The notes: a model not told the origin generated them from the sequence alone. DNA of 64,000 bases from a virus (IMGVR_UViG_3300037454_000906:64001-128000), one strand, 5' to 3'. Numbered from the stretch's first letter, positions 1-10,104 are shown. Made by a program: numbers and translations.

Positions 1-119
1 ACGAGCTTCCCCGTGGACTTGGCCGCTTCGCGGGCTGCCGTCTTGGTGTCCTCCCCGCATCCGGTGAGGAGGATGGCGAAGATGGCCATTATGCCGAAGA
101 GTGTCATGATCTTCTTCAT
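1..119 (-). CDS. putative lipoprotein (partial, runs off window)
   Basis: Translated by hand: MKKIMTLFGIMAIFAILLTGC..., lipobox LTGC, AAAAGGAG RBS upstream. Confidence 0.65.
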   Translation of the reverse strand, partial: MKKIMTLFGIMAIFAILLTGCGEDTKTAAREAAKSTGKL

Positions 120-477
120 GTGGTATCTCCTTTTGTTTGGTTAAACTTTGGTACCACTCTACAATTAAGCTATCGCCCCACATAAATGTACAGTCAAGCC
201 CTCACTTGCATTTATGAGCTAGACCTTCCAAGTTTTTTCGTGGCGACCGGGTCGTTATGCCGGACCTGTACCCCATGTTTCTTGTGACCCCACGTTGTCC
301 CGCCGAGTACCACCGGAACCGAGGGGGTCACTGCACGGTGTGTTCCGAGTGATAGTTGAACATTGGTCACCTGCCTGGTGACGAAAATGTTGCCCGCGGA
401 TGACGGCATTGTGTTGTGGCAAGGTACGCCAACGCCACCCGCGGGCTCCCCCAGGGAAAGGGGGATTTTTAAATTTT

Positions 478-636
478 TTACTTCATGCGGTCTCCTTTGC
501 CCACGGGTTGGATATGCGCGGGACGGTGCCTGGTGAATTGCTCGCGGACTGCCTGGCGGAACGGCATTACCCCTATCGGTTCATATTCGCCCGCCATGTC
601 CTTGATCTGTACCATGTAAAGTCTTTCTTCTTTCAC
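478..636 (-). CDS. small hypothetical protein (52 aa, GTG start)
   Basis: Hand translation MKEERLYMVQIKDMAGEYEPIG..., GAGG RBS, follows 647-1018. Confidence 0.45.
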   Translation of the reverse strand: MKEERLYMVQIKDMAGEYEPIGVMPFRQAVREQFTRHRPAHIQPVGKGDRMK

Positions 637-646
637 GATTCCTCGC

Positions 647-1018
647 TTATCTTACGCTCACGGCATACACCTTGAACGAGTGACAGCAGTCAATATCGAC
701 CATCGCTTCCACCTCGAAGGCATCGCGCCAAACGTACCGTTCCTTGACATGGATGGGCTCCCCGTGCTCACCCGTCTGTATGGGCGGGACTTCCTTTCGG
801 ATATGCACCGACCACGAATACTTGTGGATGCCATCATGTTCGGGAACGCGGGGGTTGGGTCCGGGGAACACCACCGTGTCCTCCCCGAACTGATCGCGGG
901 CAATCTTGCCCACTTCGGACAGGAAGTCCTCGTGGGTCACGTAGATGGGGTTTTCGTTGTCGAGGGTTTCAAAGTCAGCACGTAGCTTGTTCTCTATCTG
1001 TTGGCAAGTCAGTTTCAT
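647..1018 (-). CDS. hypothetical cassette protein
   Basis: ORF track; start reassigned to MKLTCQQ after hairpin/SD element. Confidence 0.75.
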   Translation of the reverse strand: MKLTCQQIENKLRADFETLDNENPIYVTHEDFLSEVGKIARDQFGEDTVVFPGPNPRVPEHDGIHKYSWSVHIRKEVPPIQTGEHGEPIHVKERYVWRDAFEVEAMVDIDCCHSFKVYAVSVR

Positions 1019-1096
1019 GTCCGCTCCTTTCGTTGAACGTGCCCACGTTGTGCCGCCGGGGTGCACTGGATACGGTGCACCCGGTACACGGTTTAC

Positions 1097-1390
1097 TTAG
1101 TTACTCCATGCAGGTGATTTACACCGCGTAGGTGAGGTCGCATGTGCTCTATCATATTCTCTAATCTTGTATTTCAGTTTGCGTAATTCATCAGCACTGC
1201 ATTTTACTACAAACTTATATGCGTCATAATTAGCAATAGCGGTCCGTTGTTCATCGTTATAACAAGAAGGATGTGTACCAATAGTTTCTTGAGCATCTTG
1301 CTTCGCAATTAGCAAACCACGTTCATAAAAATGAAATTTTTCTAATGCCTCTGCATATTGTTTTCTTAAGCCATCACATATCAGTGCCAT
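1097..1390 (-). CDS. hypothetical cassette protein, AT-rich
   Basis: ORF track; truncated element upstream; visibly more AT-rich than neighbours. Confidence 0.7.
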   Translation of the reverse strand: MALICDGLRKQYAEALEKFHFYERGLLIAKQDAQETIGTHPSCYNDEQRTAIANYDAYKFVVKCSADELRKLKYKIREYDRAHATSPTRCKSPAWSN

Positions 1391-1450
1391 ATAAAATTTC
1401 CTTTCCTTGAACGTGTCTGCGATGTTCCCTGGGTGCCACGGGATCGGGCA

Positions 1451-2029
1451 CTACTTCGATCTTCGCTCAAAGGCAACTTTGATGTAATCCTCGCCATTGC
1501 CGACATATGTATTGAGAATATCCCAACCTGTGGAACCTACCTTATTCCAAGGCCGGTCGAGGTAGAAACTGCGCATGGCGTTGATTGTTTCCACCACGGA
1601 AGCGCCCTCATCAAACTTTACGGGCATGACCTTGTCATATCCATCGGACACATCCACAAGTTCAAAGCCCAACTGAACACACTTGCCATCGTCAACGATG
1701 TCAATGAGTTCCACCTCGTCCTCGCCCTCTTCATGGAGCTCTGCTGTGTCGGAGAGTACATTGCTGAGCAGGCTATCGGGCATGGGAACGATTTTCAGTT
1801 CTATGCCCCACTTGTTCTCGTCCTTGGCCTCTCCGGTCATTTCGTATTGGTTTTTCGCGTGCATGACATACTTGTAGTCGAAATCAAGGGAACCATCGTC
1901 CTCTTTATGGTGATAAGTTTCCTTTGAAGCGAGGACAACCTCGTCATCCACATCGCGGATGGTGTCAAAAAGGTCGTTCGCCTTGAGAACATCATGGTCG
2001 AACGCCACACCGAAAATCTTGTGCTTCAT
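1451..2029 (-). CDS. hypothetical cassette protein (acidic)
   Basis: ORF track; start MKHKIF after element. Confidence 0.75.
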   Translation of the reverse strand: MKHKIFGVAFDHDVLKANDLFDTIRDVDDEVVLASKETYHHKEDDGSLDFDYKYVMHAKNQYEMTGEAKDENKWGIELKIVPMPDSLLSNVLSDTAELHEEGEDEVELIDIVDDGKCVQLGFELVDVSDGYDKVMPVKFDEGASVVETINAMRSFYLDRPWNKVGSTGWDILNTYVGNGEDYIKVAFERRSK

Positions 2030-2195
2030 TCTTGTAACTCCTTTCGTTGAACGTGCCCACGTTGTGCAGCCGGATCCCACCACCCGCGGGGCACAGGGCA
2101 TACGGTGGCGCCGATTCCAAAAATTAAAAATTAAGTGCCCAAGTGGGCACTAATGGAACATGATGGACTAACAGTCGGAATCTTCTTCGTCCTGG

Positions 2196-2753
2196 CTATT
2201 CGTAGATGCTGTATACGTTATGGTACGTCAGTCCGCCCTGGTCGAGCAGAATCCATCCATCGGGGTCCAAATTGTTCATGTCGCACACACCTTTGAGCGC
2301 GTCATTGGAACTAATCGGGGGCAATTTTCCATCGAACCCTACCCATTGGCATAGGTTATCGAGGAATTTCAACCCGTTGGCTGTCGAAAGGTCGGCACTG
2401 CTGTCGGGGTTAATGAGTTCGAGCTTTCCCTTCTTGGCCAGCTTGCGCTCGGCAGTGTCCGTGACCTCATAGAGGTCGGGAATTATGCTGTTGTGGAAGT
2501 TAGCCCAGTTGCCGTTGATTTGAGTGCGATCGTTATCACAGGAACTGTCATGGTATGTGAGCTGCAAGAGTTCATGGTACTTCGGGTTATAATAGACTGC
2601 GTAGTGGCGGTCAGATACTTCATGTGAATCCGTTACCTTAATACTCTTGACCTCGTCCGGTGTGAACGTGGAAAGAATACTATCCGTCAGTTTTACGCCG
2701 TCCGGCAGGTTGATTGCCACCGTAGCCTTGTAGGTTACTAACAGTCTTTGCAT
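2196..2753 (-). CDS. hypothetical cassette protein
   Basis: ORF track; element upstream. Confidence 0.75.
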   Translation of the reverse strand: MQRLLVTYKATVAINLPDGVKLTDSILSTFTPDEVKSIKVTDSHEVSDRHYAVYYNPKYHELLQLTYHDSSCDNDRTQINGNWANFHNSIIPDLYEVTDTAERKLAKKGKLELINPDSSADLSTANGLKFLDNLCQWVGFDGKLPPISSNDALKGVCDMNNLDPDGWILLDQGGLTYHNVYSIYE

Positions 2754-2804
2754 AATGTCTCCTTTCGTTGAACGTGCCCACGATGTTCCATCGGGTCCCC
2801 CCGA

Positions 2805-3074
2805 TCATGGTGAGGTCCTGTCACGGTCGGACGGCGACCACCATCGGGTGTCCTCAAACGAGGAGCCGTCATTCAGAGAGTTCTCGTTGTCGGATAGATA
2901 GACACGGCAATGGTTTGAAAATTCGCCTATGGTGCGTTCTACCCTGGATACGATACCGCGCACCCGCTTGTCGTCATTATACCCGACCTGCACATCGTCA
3001 CCCACACGGGGTGTCTCGTTGACCTGCACCAAGTAGGAACGGCCACACCAATCTACTATTTCAATATGGAGCAT
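2805..3074 (-). CDS. hypothetical protein
   Basis: Start MLHIEIV with GAGGA RBS, coupled to 3085-3594. Confidence 0.6.
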   Translation of the reverse strand: MLHIEIVDWCGRSYLVQVNETPRVGDDVQVGYNDDKRVRGIVSRVERTIGEFSNHCRVYLSDNENSLNDGSSFEDTRWWSPSDRDRTSP

Positions 3075-3084
3075 GGGTTCCTCC

Positions 3085-3594
3085 TCAGTAATTGAGCATA
3101 TTGCGGAGTTTTTCCGCATTGGATTTTTCAAGTTTTTTCTCGGCAAGTTTGCCCGCCTTGTGCCCTTCAAGCATGGCGACAATGGTCGCGACCGCATGGG
3201 TGAGCGAAGTCTGCTGAATGAACTCAAAGTCAAAGGTAGTGCCGTAAGAGTTCTGCTCAAAGATGTGATGGCTTTCAACCACGTTCCCCTGCATATACTT
3301 GCCAATCTGGTCACCACTGACAATCCCCCAATGGACAAGCACACAAGCGCACTTGATGTAATTGTCGCTTCGTTCGTGGTGATACGTGAAGAATGGGCAT
3401 ATTGAGGTGGCCACGAAGAGGACTGCGACCTCATTTTCGCCCGCCTTGGGCTTCTCGGACATAATGAATTCGGCAATGGCCGATTCGTCGTGAAGTTCCA
3501 CCCCGTAGCGGTTGTCGGGGCCACATGGGCTATAACTGAAGGCAAGCACCCCGTTCATGGAAGTAGGCTTGGCGTTAGCGTAAATGGTCTGCAT
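3085..3594 (-). CDS. hypothetical cassette protein
   Basis: Start MQTIYAN after element. Confidence 0.75.
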   Translation of the reverse strand: MQTIYANAKPTSMNGVLAFSYSPCGPDNRYGVELHDESAIAEFIMSEKPKAGENEVAVLFVATSICPFFTYHHERSDNYIKCACVLVHWGIVSGDQIGKYMQGNVVESHHIFEQNSYGTTFDFEFIQQTSLTHAVATIVAMLEGHKAGKLAEKKLEKSNAEKLRNMLNY

Positions 3595-3670
3595 ATCTGC
3601 TCCTTTCGTTGAACATCCCCACGTTGTCACACCGGGCACCACCGCGCATGGCACGCGGTGTACACGGCAT

Positions 3671-4117
3671 TTACCCATAATGGACGAAGAACGCATCATC
3701 AATGATGTCGCCATACTTTTGCTGCATGGCGGTGTATTCTTCGGTGGGCTTGTAGATATCCCCAAAACTTACGGAGAAATACAGGCCGTCCACCATGTCG
3801 TGGCAGTCCCCCTCGTTGGCCTTGTCGTGATATTCCGGCCAGATGCTGATGTTGGTTTCGTTGGTGAACTTGCCGGAAATCTCGTCCCATAGGGCATTGA
3901 GTGTCTTGTATTCCTGGCGGTCGGTGTCAATGTCGCCCGGATTTTCAAGGCTGAGCGTCTGCGCAAGAACTTCGCGGTCGCACACTTCGTGCTCGGTAAA
4001 CTTGTACCCGTTGAACTTTCTGATGAACTCATTGACAAGATTCTCGTCCCCGACCACCTTGATGAGGTTGTCGGCGCTGATTATGTGGGCACTGTTCGCG
4101 CCATATCCCGTAGCCAT
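3671..4117 (-). CDS. hypothetical protein (acidic)
   Basis: Start MATGYG with GGAGGTG RBS. Confidence 0.7.
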   Translation of the reverse strand: MATGYGANSAHIISADNLIKVVGDENLVNEFIRKFNGYKFTEHEVCDREVLAQTLSLENPGDIDTDRQEYKTLNALWDEISGKFTNETNISIWPEYHDKANEGDCHDMVDGLYFSVSFGDIYKPTEEYTAMQQKYGDIIDDAFFVHYG

Positions 4118-4145
4118 GCGGCACCTCCGTTTTGAAAAATAAATT

Positions 4146-4523
4146 TTACCTTTCGAGCAGGTAACACCCCGCCCCTCCCGTGGCCATGAAGGTCCCCGTG
4201 CCGAGCACCAACGTGGTGCCGTCAGCCGTCCCGTAGGTCTCCGTGAGCCCGTCAGCCGAGTAGGGGACGGTGGCCTCTGTGCACCTCTCGTCACCGGAGT
4301 ACCCGATGCACACCCATGATCGGCTCTCGTACTTCGTTATCTCAACGTGAAACCGCGCTTCCGTGGTCTCACCCATCGGCACATGGTCAAGGCACCCTAT
4401 CCTGGTCACTTTCCCGTAGTCCGTGGAGGAACTTCCCACCACGCGCTCGTCGGGTACCTCAGTGGGCCCCGTGGAACACGAAACGGCCATGAGCAGGATT
4501 GCAAAAATTAAAAGTTTCTTCAT
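4146..4523 (-). CDS. putative lipoprotein
   Basis: MKKLLIFAILLMAVSC signal peptide with lipobox-like Cys. Confidence 0.7.
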   Translation of the reverse strand: MKKLLIFAILLMAVSCSTGPTEVPDERVVGSSSTDYGKVTRIGCLDHVPMGETTEARFHVEITKYESRSWVCIGYSGDERCTEATVPYSADGLTETYGTADGTTLVLGTGTFMATGGAGCYLLER

Positions 4524-4672
4524 GATGTTACCTCTCGTCCGTCGTATCCCACGGTGTGCTCCCGGATTCCACCGCCCCGGGATCCCCGGACACGCGGTGG
4601 GAAAGGATCTAAATTAGTGGACAAAGAGGGGCGGGCCGTGGCCCGTCCCCCTTGTTCAGCGGAGTCAGATAT

Positions 4673-4873
4673 TTAACATTCGTATGCCAGGTAGAATTCA
4701 AGGGAATCCTGGCAGTGATGGTATTGTTTGAGGAAATTCTCGGCTTCATCCGGCGCCATTTGATGCAGGTCGCGCCAGAGTCTGGAATAGAGACCCTGCG
4801 AACCCGCCATGTCACCGATGTAACCCATGAGTCGCCTTGAATCCGCGCTCAGCGTGTCATTCAATCTTGACAT
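4673..4873 (-). CDS. small hypothetical protein
   Basis: ORF track; GGAGG RBS. Confidence 0.65.
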   Translation of the reverse strand: MSRLNDTLSADSRRLMGYIGDMAGSQGLYSRLWRDLHQMAPDEAENFLKQYHHCQDSLEFYLAYEC

Positions 4874-4882
4874 GTTGCCTCC

Positions 4883-5329
4883 TTATGCCGCTTCCAACTT
4901 GCTGCGCAGGTCACCGATTCGGTAGTAGAATCCCGATGTGTGCAGCGAATTGGCGAGCTTGAGATAGTGGATATCGTAGTGGTGCATGAACTCGTGCAGG
5001 AGCGTTCCCGTGAACGTCTTTATCGCGACAACCTTGTTGGTCTTTGCGGTATAGTTGTACACGTTGATGAACTTGCTCTCGTACACCCCGTTGCGCTTGT
5101 TGAGCCTGATGTAGCCCTTGGTGGTCACTCGGCCATTGACCTTTCGTGCCTTGTCGGCAACGTTGACCCTCACGCGGGGAATCTTGAACTCATCGCATAG
5201 GTAGTTGATGAGGTCCTGCGAGCTTGTCTCGCGGTCGCCAGTGTCGGCGAGCAAGGTCTGATATGCCGGAGTGGATAACTTCTCGCGATCAACTGTCGTG
5301 ATTGCTTTGGATTGTTCGTATGCGTCCAT
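4883..5329 (-). CDS. HExxH zinc metallopeptidase-like protein (SprT-like)
   Basis: GTLLHEFMHH motif followed by LANSLHTSGF (third His). Confidence 0.65.
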   Translation of the reverse strand: MDAYEQSKAITTVDREKLSTPAYQTLLADTGDRETSSQDLINYLCDEFKIPRVRVNVADKARKVNGRVTTKGYIRLNKRNGVYESKFINVYNYTAKTNKVVAIKTFTGTLLHEFMHHYDIHYLKLANSLHTSGFYYRIGDLRSKLEAA

Positions 5330-5471
5330 GCTTGACTCCTTTTATTGAACGTGCCCACGATGTATCCCCGGCCCCCACCAAGCGTGGGGCACCTGATACA
5401 TGGTGGGACGTGGCCAACACTAGTAAAAATTAATGCCCCTTTCGGGGCAAGGTTAGTGTTCAGATTCCCTG

Positions 5472-5879
5472 CTAGGGTTCAAATTCATGTCTTGCCTTGA
5501 CTCGCTCGTAGATACTAAGGATAGTCTGCTTGATAGACGGCCACCTATCCACGAATGCACCGAAGTGGTGGGGTGCGAAGTCATAGTAGAACCCTTCATC
5601 GTCCTTGAAGTGGTAATCACCGCAACCACTAGAAATATGAGGGTCATTGAACTTTGCCAAGGCAATGCAGCCTACACCCATCGCTATTCCACGTTCCTTG
5701 CAGATACTCCACCAATAGTGGTAGCCGTTCACTTCAAACTTGCCGCGTGCCCCATTGGAGTAAAGTTCATTAATGCAGTCCGCGGGAATGTTTTCCTTTA
5801 CCCAATTACGAATTTTGATTACATTCTTGATGGCAAGATAGTTCTTGTCACTCGGGTCTAAATCGTTGATGTTTCTCAT
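5472..5879 (-). CDS. hypothetical cassette protein, AT-rich
   Basis: Start MRNINDL after element. Confidence 0.75.
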   Translation of the reverse strand: MRNINDLDPSDKNYLAIKNVIKIRNWVKENIPADCINELYSNGARGKFEVNGYHYWWSICKERGIAMGVGCIALAKFNDPHISSGCGDYHFKDDEGFYYDFAPHHFGAFVDRWPSIKQTILSIYERVKARHEFEP

Positions 5880-6026
5880 GTTGTACTCCTTTTGTTGAAC
5901 GTGTCCACGATGTATCTCCGGCCCCCACCGATCGTGGGGCGCCTGATACATGGTGGTGCAGCATGTCAAAATTGAAAAAAAGTGGCAGGGGATTTCTCCC
6001 CTGCCGTGTTCATCGGAGTCAGAAAA

Positions 6027-6377
6027 TCAAACATTGTTGATTACTTCAATCTTGTCCTCGGGGAGCGATTCAAGGTAGGTCTCTATGCAATGCTTGACCT
6101 CGCACCACAGGAGTCCGTTTCCGTCCTTCCATTCCTCCCAAATCAATCCGTCAAGGGCCTTTTTGATGCCATACTCTTCGCGGCAGGAGAACCCCATCTC
6201 GCGGAACTGATCAAGGTCATGCATCTCGTCCATCACGGACACCAGCTCGCGCGCCCCGAAGTCATATCCGCCATACCTCCCTGTGGTGAGGATGATGGAA
6301 CTAAACGGAGAGGTCATGAGGATGCCATGATGGTCGGACACGTCATCCTGCTCGGAACTGTCGCTCGCGAAGTCCAC
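6027..6377 (-). CDS. hypothetical cassette protein (GTG start or 5' frameshift)
   Basis: The ATG after the SD (6379) opens only a ~21-aa frame; the long frame starts at GTG 6377. Confidence 0.5.
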   Translation of the reverse strand: MDFASDSSEQDDVSDHHGILMTSPFSSIILTTGRYGGYDFGARELVSVMDEMHDLDQFREMGFSCREEYGIKKALDGLIWEEWKDGNGLLWCEVKHCIETYLESLPEDKIEVINNV

Positions 6378-6532
6378 ATTTTTAACTCCTTTCGTTGAAC
6401 ATGCCCACGATGCGTCACCGGGGTCCACCGGGTGCGATGGGCCATGCACACGGATGGACAAAAGGTGTCCCCGCAAGAGGAGGCTCCGTCTCTAATGTGC
6501 CTGGGAGTTGTTCCTCCCCGTGCGGGGCAGTA

Positions 6533-6805
6533 TCATTTGATGGGCGTACGCTCCTTGTTCACAGACCATTCTTCACAGAAGCAAGAGAACGGGGCGAGTA
6601 GCGGACATAGCTCCTTGGCCCTGGCGATGGCCAGCTGAGCAAGCTCGCTATCGTTGGGCACGTGCGTCCCGTACACGCTGTCCGCGTTGACATCCGAGCC
6701 ATCGGGGTTGCACTGATGGTCAAGCGTGAGCCCCACCCATAGGGTCACGTCAAGGTTGCCTTCCTTGGGCAGCACGTGTACGTAATAGTGGAATTTTTCC
6801 CCCAT
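6533..6805 (-). CDS. hypothetical protein
   Basis: ORF track; GAGGAGG RBS. Confidence 0.7.
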   Translation of the reverse strand: MGEKFHYYVHVLPKEGNLDVTLWVGLTLDHQCNPDGSDVNADSVYGTHVPNDSELAQLAIARAKELCPLLAPFSCFCEEWSVNKERTPIK

Positions 6806-6973
6806 CTAGTCCTCCTCGCTAACTCGCTTGTTACGTGGTTTCTTGCGCTTGTCAGGCACCTTCCGTGTGCGGAGCTTGCGCCCGTTCTCGGTCTCGGATA
6901 TGCGGATGGCGCGCTGCCCCTTGCTTTCTTTCCCGTCAACCGAAATTGAAATTGTGATTGTCATGTTCTTCAT
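6806..6973 (-). CDS. small basic cassette protein
   Basis: Start MKNMTI after element; Lys/Arg-rich. Confidence 0.6.
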   Translation of the reverse strand: MKNMTITISISVDGKESKGQRAIRISETENGRKLRTRKVPDKRKKPRNKRVSEED

Positions 6974-7105
6974 CGCTGACTCCTTGTTTCCGAACGCACC
7001 CACGATGTGCCGCCGGGGTCCACCGCCCGCGCATCCAGCGGCACACGGTGGCACCGGGGCGAAATTGAAAGAAAAAGTAAACTTTCGTTTACCCTTTCTT
7101 CCCTA

Positions 7106-7393
7106 CCGTTAACTGAAACCTACCTAAATCTACCACTAGGACAGACCTACGTGATTTCCTGCCTTGCCCATTGCTGAGTAGGCCGTAACGGCACTTAATC
7201 AACCGCATCTACGCGATATACCTAATATGCATCAAGCAACACGGCTGACTTGCCTAGTCCTACTCCATTACTGAAGAGCCTTAACACGGTCGGCATATCA
7301 AACTAGGCATTGTTAAATATACATTATTTCCATTAGCATATTTAAGTATATTTAGTTAAATGTTGTTAACATTTTCGTTAACTGCTAACAACC
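7106..7393 (-). mobile_element. non-autonomous IS607-like element (left end + omegaRNA-like right end), copy 1
   Basis: ~288 bp, nearly identical to 24028-24313. GG at both junctions, preceded by TGTG. Right end (AGGAAATCACG...TAGGTTTCAGTTAACGG) homologous to the TnpB element end at 20480-20542. Interrupts a small ORF. Confidence 0.8.
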
Positions 7394-7497
7394 CACACAC
7401 CAAGCATGAATACCGCGAAGGCGCCACCGAGCATCGGATGTACCGAGTAGAGGTATCCGGTCACGACGAGCGCTCCGATGAATGCGAGGCACCCCAT
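7378..7497 (-). CDS. small membrane protein, 3' end replaced by the inserted element
   Basis: MGCLAFIGALVVTGYLYSVHPMLGGAFAVFMLGVW|VVSS*; removing the element gives ...VWVGKKG*. Confidence 0.6.
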   Translation of the reverse strand: MGCLAFIGALVVTGYLYSVHPMLGGAFAVFMLGVWVVSS

Positions 7498-7504
7498 GGT
7501 CGCC

Positions 7505-7645
7505 CTACTTGCGCCTGCGGAACCTGCCGTAAAGGTCGGTGTTCCCGTTGGAGTGTACGTTCACGGGGCGCACAGAGGGCAGTCCCGCGCTCTTCGCGGC
7601 AAAGGAGGCGAATTTGAAAAATTTTGTGGAGATGAGTCTGAGCAT
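7505..7645 (-). CDS. small basic hypothetical protein
   Basis: TAATG overlap with upstream gene; MLRLISTKFFKF... Confidence 0.45.
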   Translation of the reverse strand: MLRLISTKFFKFASFAAKSAGLPSVRPVNVHSNGNTDLYGRFRRRK

Positions 7646-8157
7646 TAGTCCTCCTCGGTCTGAGTGTCTTCTGTCCGTTCCACGAGGCGCCCATAGAGCA
7701 TCGTGTTGCCGTCAACGATTTCCACGCCGTCGGTGGGGAGGTTGGGTGCAACGTGGATGATGTCATTCACGCGCACGCACTTCGGGTCCTTTATTCCTTC
7801 CGGTCGGCGCATGGTGACAGGACCTGCGGTCAGCATGATGCTGCCGTTGTCAAGGCGCCCCACGAGAAGAGTGTAGTTGAGCTCTTTCAAGCGCTTGGCA
7901 AAGGGCGCAAAGAGGTCGCGCAATTCGCGAAAGTTGCCGAGGTATCCATCGGGATTTCCCATCATCTTGCTTGCACGGATTAAGCCCTGCGCGTTGACGA
8001 TGCGTTCAATGAGTTCGGTGCCGTCCTGCGCCACGTCAATGGCACGCTTGGCTCCGCTAATGATGCCGACGGCTCCCGCGATGCTCTGACGCTTGGTTAT
8101 GAGGATGTTGCGCGTCACTGCAAGTGCACGGAGTTCTTCGTTAGTAAGTTCGTCCAT
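7645..8157 (-). CDS. hypothetical cassette protein
   Basis: Start MDELTNEE after element. Confidence 0.75.
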   Translation of the reverse strand: MDELTNEELRALAVTRNILITKRQSIAGAVGIISGAKRAIDVAQDGTELIERIVNAQGLIRASKMMGNPDGYLGNFRELRDLFAPFAKRLKELNYTLLVGRLDNGSIMLTAGPVTMRRPEGIKDPKCVRVNDIIHVAPNLPTDGVEIVDGNTMLYGRLVERTEDTQTEED

Positions 8158-8244
8158 GTCTGTCTCCTTTTGTTGAACATGCCCACGATGTGCCCCCGGG
8201 TCCCACTGCACATGGGACACCGGGCACACGGTCGTTGGATAGAT

Positions 8245-8451
8245 CTACCGATTCACCTTGAAAACGAGGTCGGATTCGGCATTGACCACGGGGAACTCCT
8301 TGACCTCATAGTGGTCATAGTCCGTCCACGAGTCGGGCATGGCGCGCAAGTCCGCGTCCGCGAGCTCCATGCTCGTATAGATGCAGGTCCTCCCGTTGCG
8401 ATTGATGGGGGTGTTGGACCCGAACATCACGATGGCGAAAATCTTGTCCAT
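8245..8451 (-). CDS. small hypothetical protein
   Basis: Start MDKIFAIV, coupled to upstream gene. Confidence 0.6.
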   Translation of the reverse strand: MDKIFAIVMFGSNTPINRNGRTCIYTSMELADADLRAMPDSWTDYDHYEVKEFPVVNAESDLVFKVNR

Positions 8452-8461
8452 GCTATACCCC

Positions 8462-8809
8462 CTAGTGCCAGTTGGCCTTCTGCGCGTCCCAAAATTCGTG
8501 GATGAACGCGGTTGCCTCGGCTTCCGTGATATGGCAACGGGTGAAGTCGTCGCTGAACGGCTCCGAGCGGTACGACACGATACCATTGGAATTGTCGCAA
8601 AATTCCCTGCGGAACACGCACATGGTGCCCGTCACGGTATCCCAATAGATGTTGAATTCGTTCTTCTCGTGGTCCTTGAAGATGACATCGCCCTGAATTT
8701 CCCAATTCCCGCGCCTGTTGCGGGCGCGCTTGACCTTCTTCAAGACTTTGACCTCGGCGATAGCCGCAATCTTGTTCTCAAATTGTTTTGTGAGAGAAAC
8801 ATTTGCCAT
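8462..8809 (-). CDS. hypothetical cassette protein
   Basis: Start MANVSLT after element. Confidence 0.75.
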   Translation of the reverse strand: MANVSLTKQFENKIAAIAEVKVLKKVKRARNRRGNWEIQGDVIFKDHEKNEFNIYWDTVTGTMCVFRREFCDNSNGIVSYRSEPFSDDFTRCHITEAEATAFIHEFWDAQKANWH

Positions 8810-8957
8810 AGTTGACTCCTTGTTAGTTGTTTTCTGAACATGCCCACGATGTGCCCCCGGATCCCACCGCAAGTGGGACATCTGACACGCGGTGGGGCGC
8901 GAGGTTGAAATTGAAAAATGTTGGCAGGGGTTTCCCCCTGCCGTGTTCATTCGGAGT

Positions 8958-9464
8958 CTAGTTCTGTTTAAAGGATAGAATCTTCTCCTTGCCGTCAAGT
9001 AGGGTAACCAAGTCGTTCTGACTTTCGTCAAGGGCATTGCCTTGGTCAAACAGGTACTCGGAGCTAACCCCGTGGTCATAGTCATCGCCGTTGCCGTTGC
9101 CGAAGAACAGCCCATCGGGTATGATGATCAGGTGATAGTCGCAACGCATGTCCACGGCCAACTGCATCTTGTATTCGGCCAACTTGTCCGACAGCGGTCG
9201 GTAGAGCCGTTGGATTTCCCTGCACTTGCTGTGAAAGTCCTGTGAGGTCATGACCGCGGACACGCTGGACTTGACTTCGGCGTCCGTTTGGTGTTGGAGC
9301 AATTCGTCAATGAGTATGCAGGCTGAATCAAGGGTCGCGCCGACAGACTGGTCACCCGCCGACTTCGGGCATTCCTTTGGCCATTCCGTGATGGACTTAT
9401 TCTCCCTGAACATGCGCTTTACGATATTGAGCGCATTGATTTCTTCGTCAGTAAACTTTCGCAT
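8958..9464 (-). CDS. hypothetical cassette protein
   Basis: Start MRKFTDEE after element. Confidence 0.75.
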   Translation of the reverse strand: MRKFTDEEINALNIVKRMFRENKSITEWPKECPKSAGDQSVGATLDSACILIDELLQHQTDAEVKSSVSAVMTSQDFHSKCREIQRLYRPLSDKLAEYKMQLAVDMRCDYHLIIIPDGLFFGNGNGDDYDHGVSSEYLFDQGNALDESQNDLVTLLDGKEKILSFKQN

Positions 9465-9588
9465 GGTTGACTCCTTTTGTTGAACATGCCCACGATGTGT
9501 CACCGGGCCCCACTGCACGCGGGAAACCGGACACACGGTGGCCATAATAGGCCGCATGGGAAATGGTGCTCGGCTGAGCACCTATATC

Positions 9589-10104
9589 CTATTTGCAGCA
9601 GACCTTGATACATTCGGCAAGCGTGGCAACCGCAATACATTCGGTGCCGCACGGCTTGTTCTTCTCGCATTCCTTGGGAATAATCAAGGTCTTGCCTTTG
9701 CATGTCTTACTCGTCACATCATTATAGACAACACTAGCAAACTCGCTAGGGCGGTTCAGACGCCCGTCAAGGCTCAAATTGCCGAAGAACGTATACTTGT
9801 CCGCGTCAAGGGTCACTTCGCCCGTGGCAGCAAGCAAGCCCATGGCGACCGCCAAATCAAGTCCATCGGTGGCCGATGAACGATACAAGCCACGGACATT
9901 CATGGTTGTGTTGAAACCCGTGATGACCTTCCCCGTTTCACGGACGGCACATCTCACCCTGTCAAGGACACCGCAGTCCTTCGGAAGGCCGAACTGGGTC
10001 AATGACGGGGTGCCGCTTGCGGAACTGACCTCAATCTCAACGGGGCTGACTTGGAAATAATTTGCGTCACAATGGTGTGCGATGGTGATAATTCTTGCGA
10101 ACAT
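9589..10104 (-). CDS. stand-alone ComM/YifB (Mg-chelatase-related) N-terminal Lon-like domain
   Basis: VEIEVS..GTPSL..FGLP..DRVRCAVR...DLAVAMGLLAA...FFGNLSLDGRL pattern; no AAA+ Walker motifs. Confidence 0.7.
   Translation of the reverse strand: MFARIITIAHHCDANYFQVSPVEIEVSSASGTPSLTQFGLPKDCGVLDRVRCAVRETGKVITGFNTTMNVRGLYRSSATDGLDLAVAMGLLAATGEVTLDADKYTFFGNLSLDGRLNRPSEFASVVYNDVTSKTCKGKTLIIPKECEKNKPCGTECIAVATLAECIKVCCK

Noticed and set aside
7106-7393. Group I intron (IStron) within the 288-bp element
   Set aside because: No recognisable P7/catalytic core and little room for one; an Infernal search would settle it.
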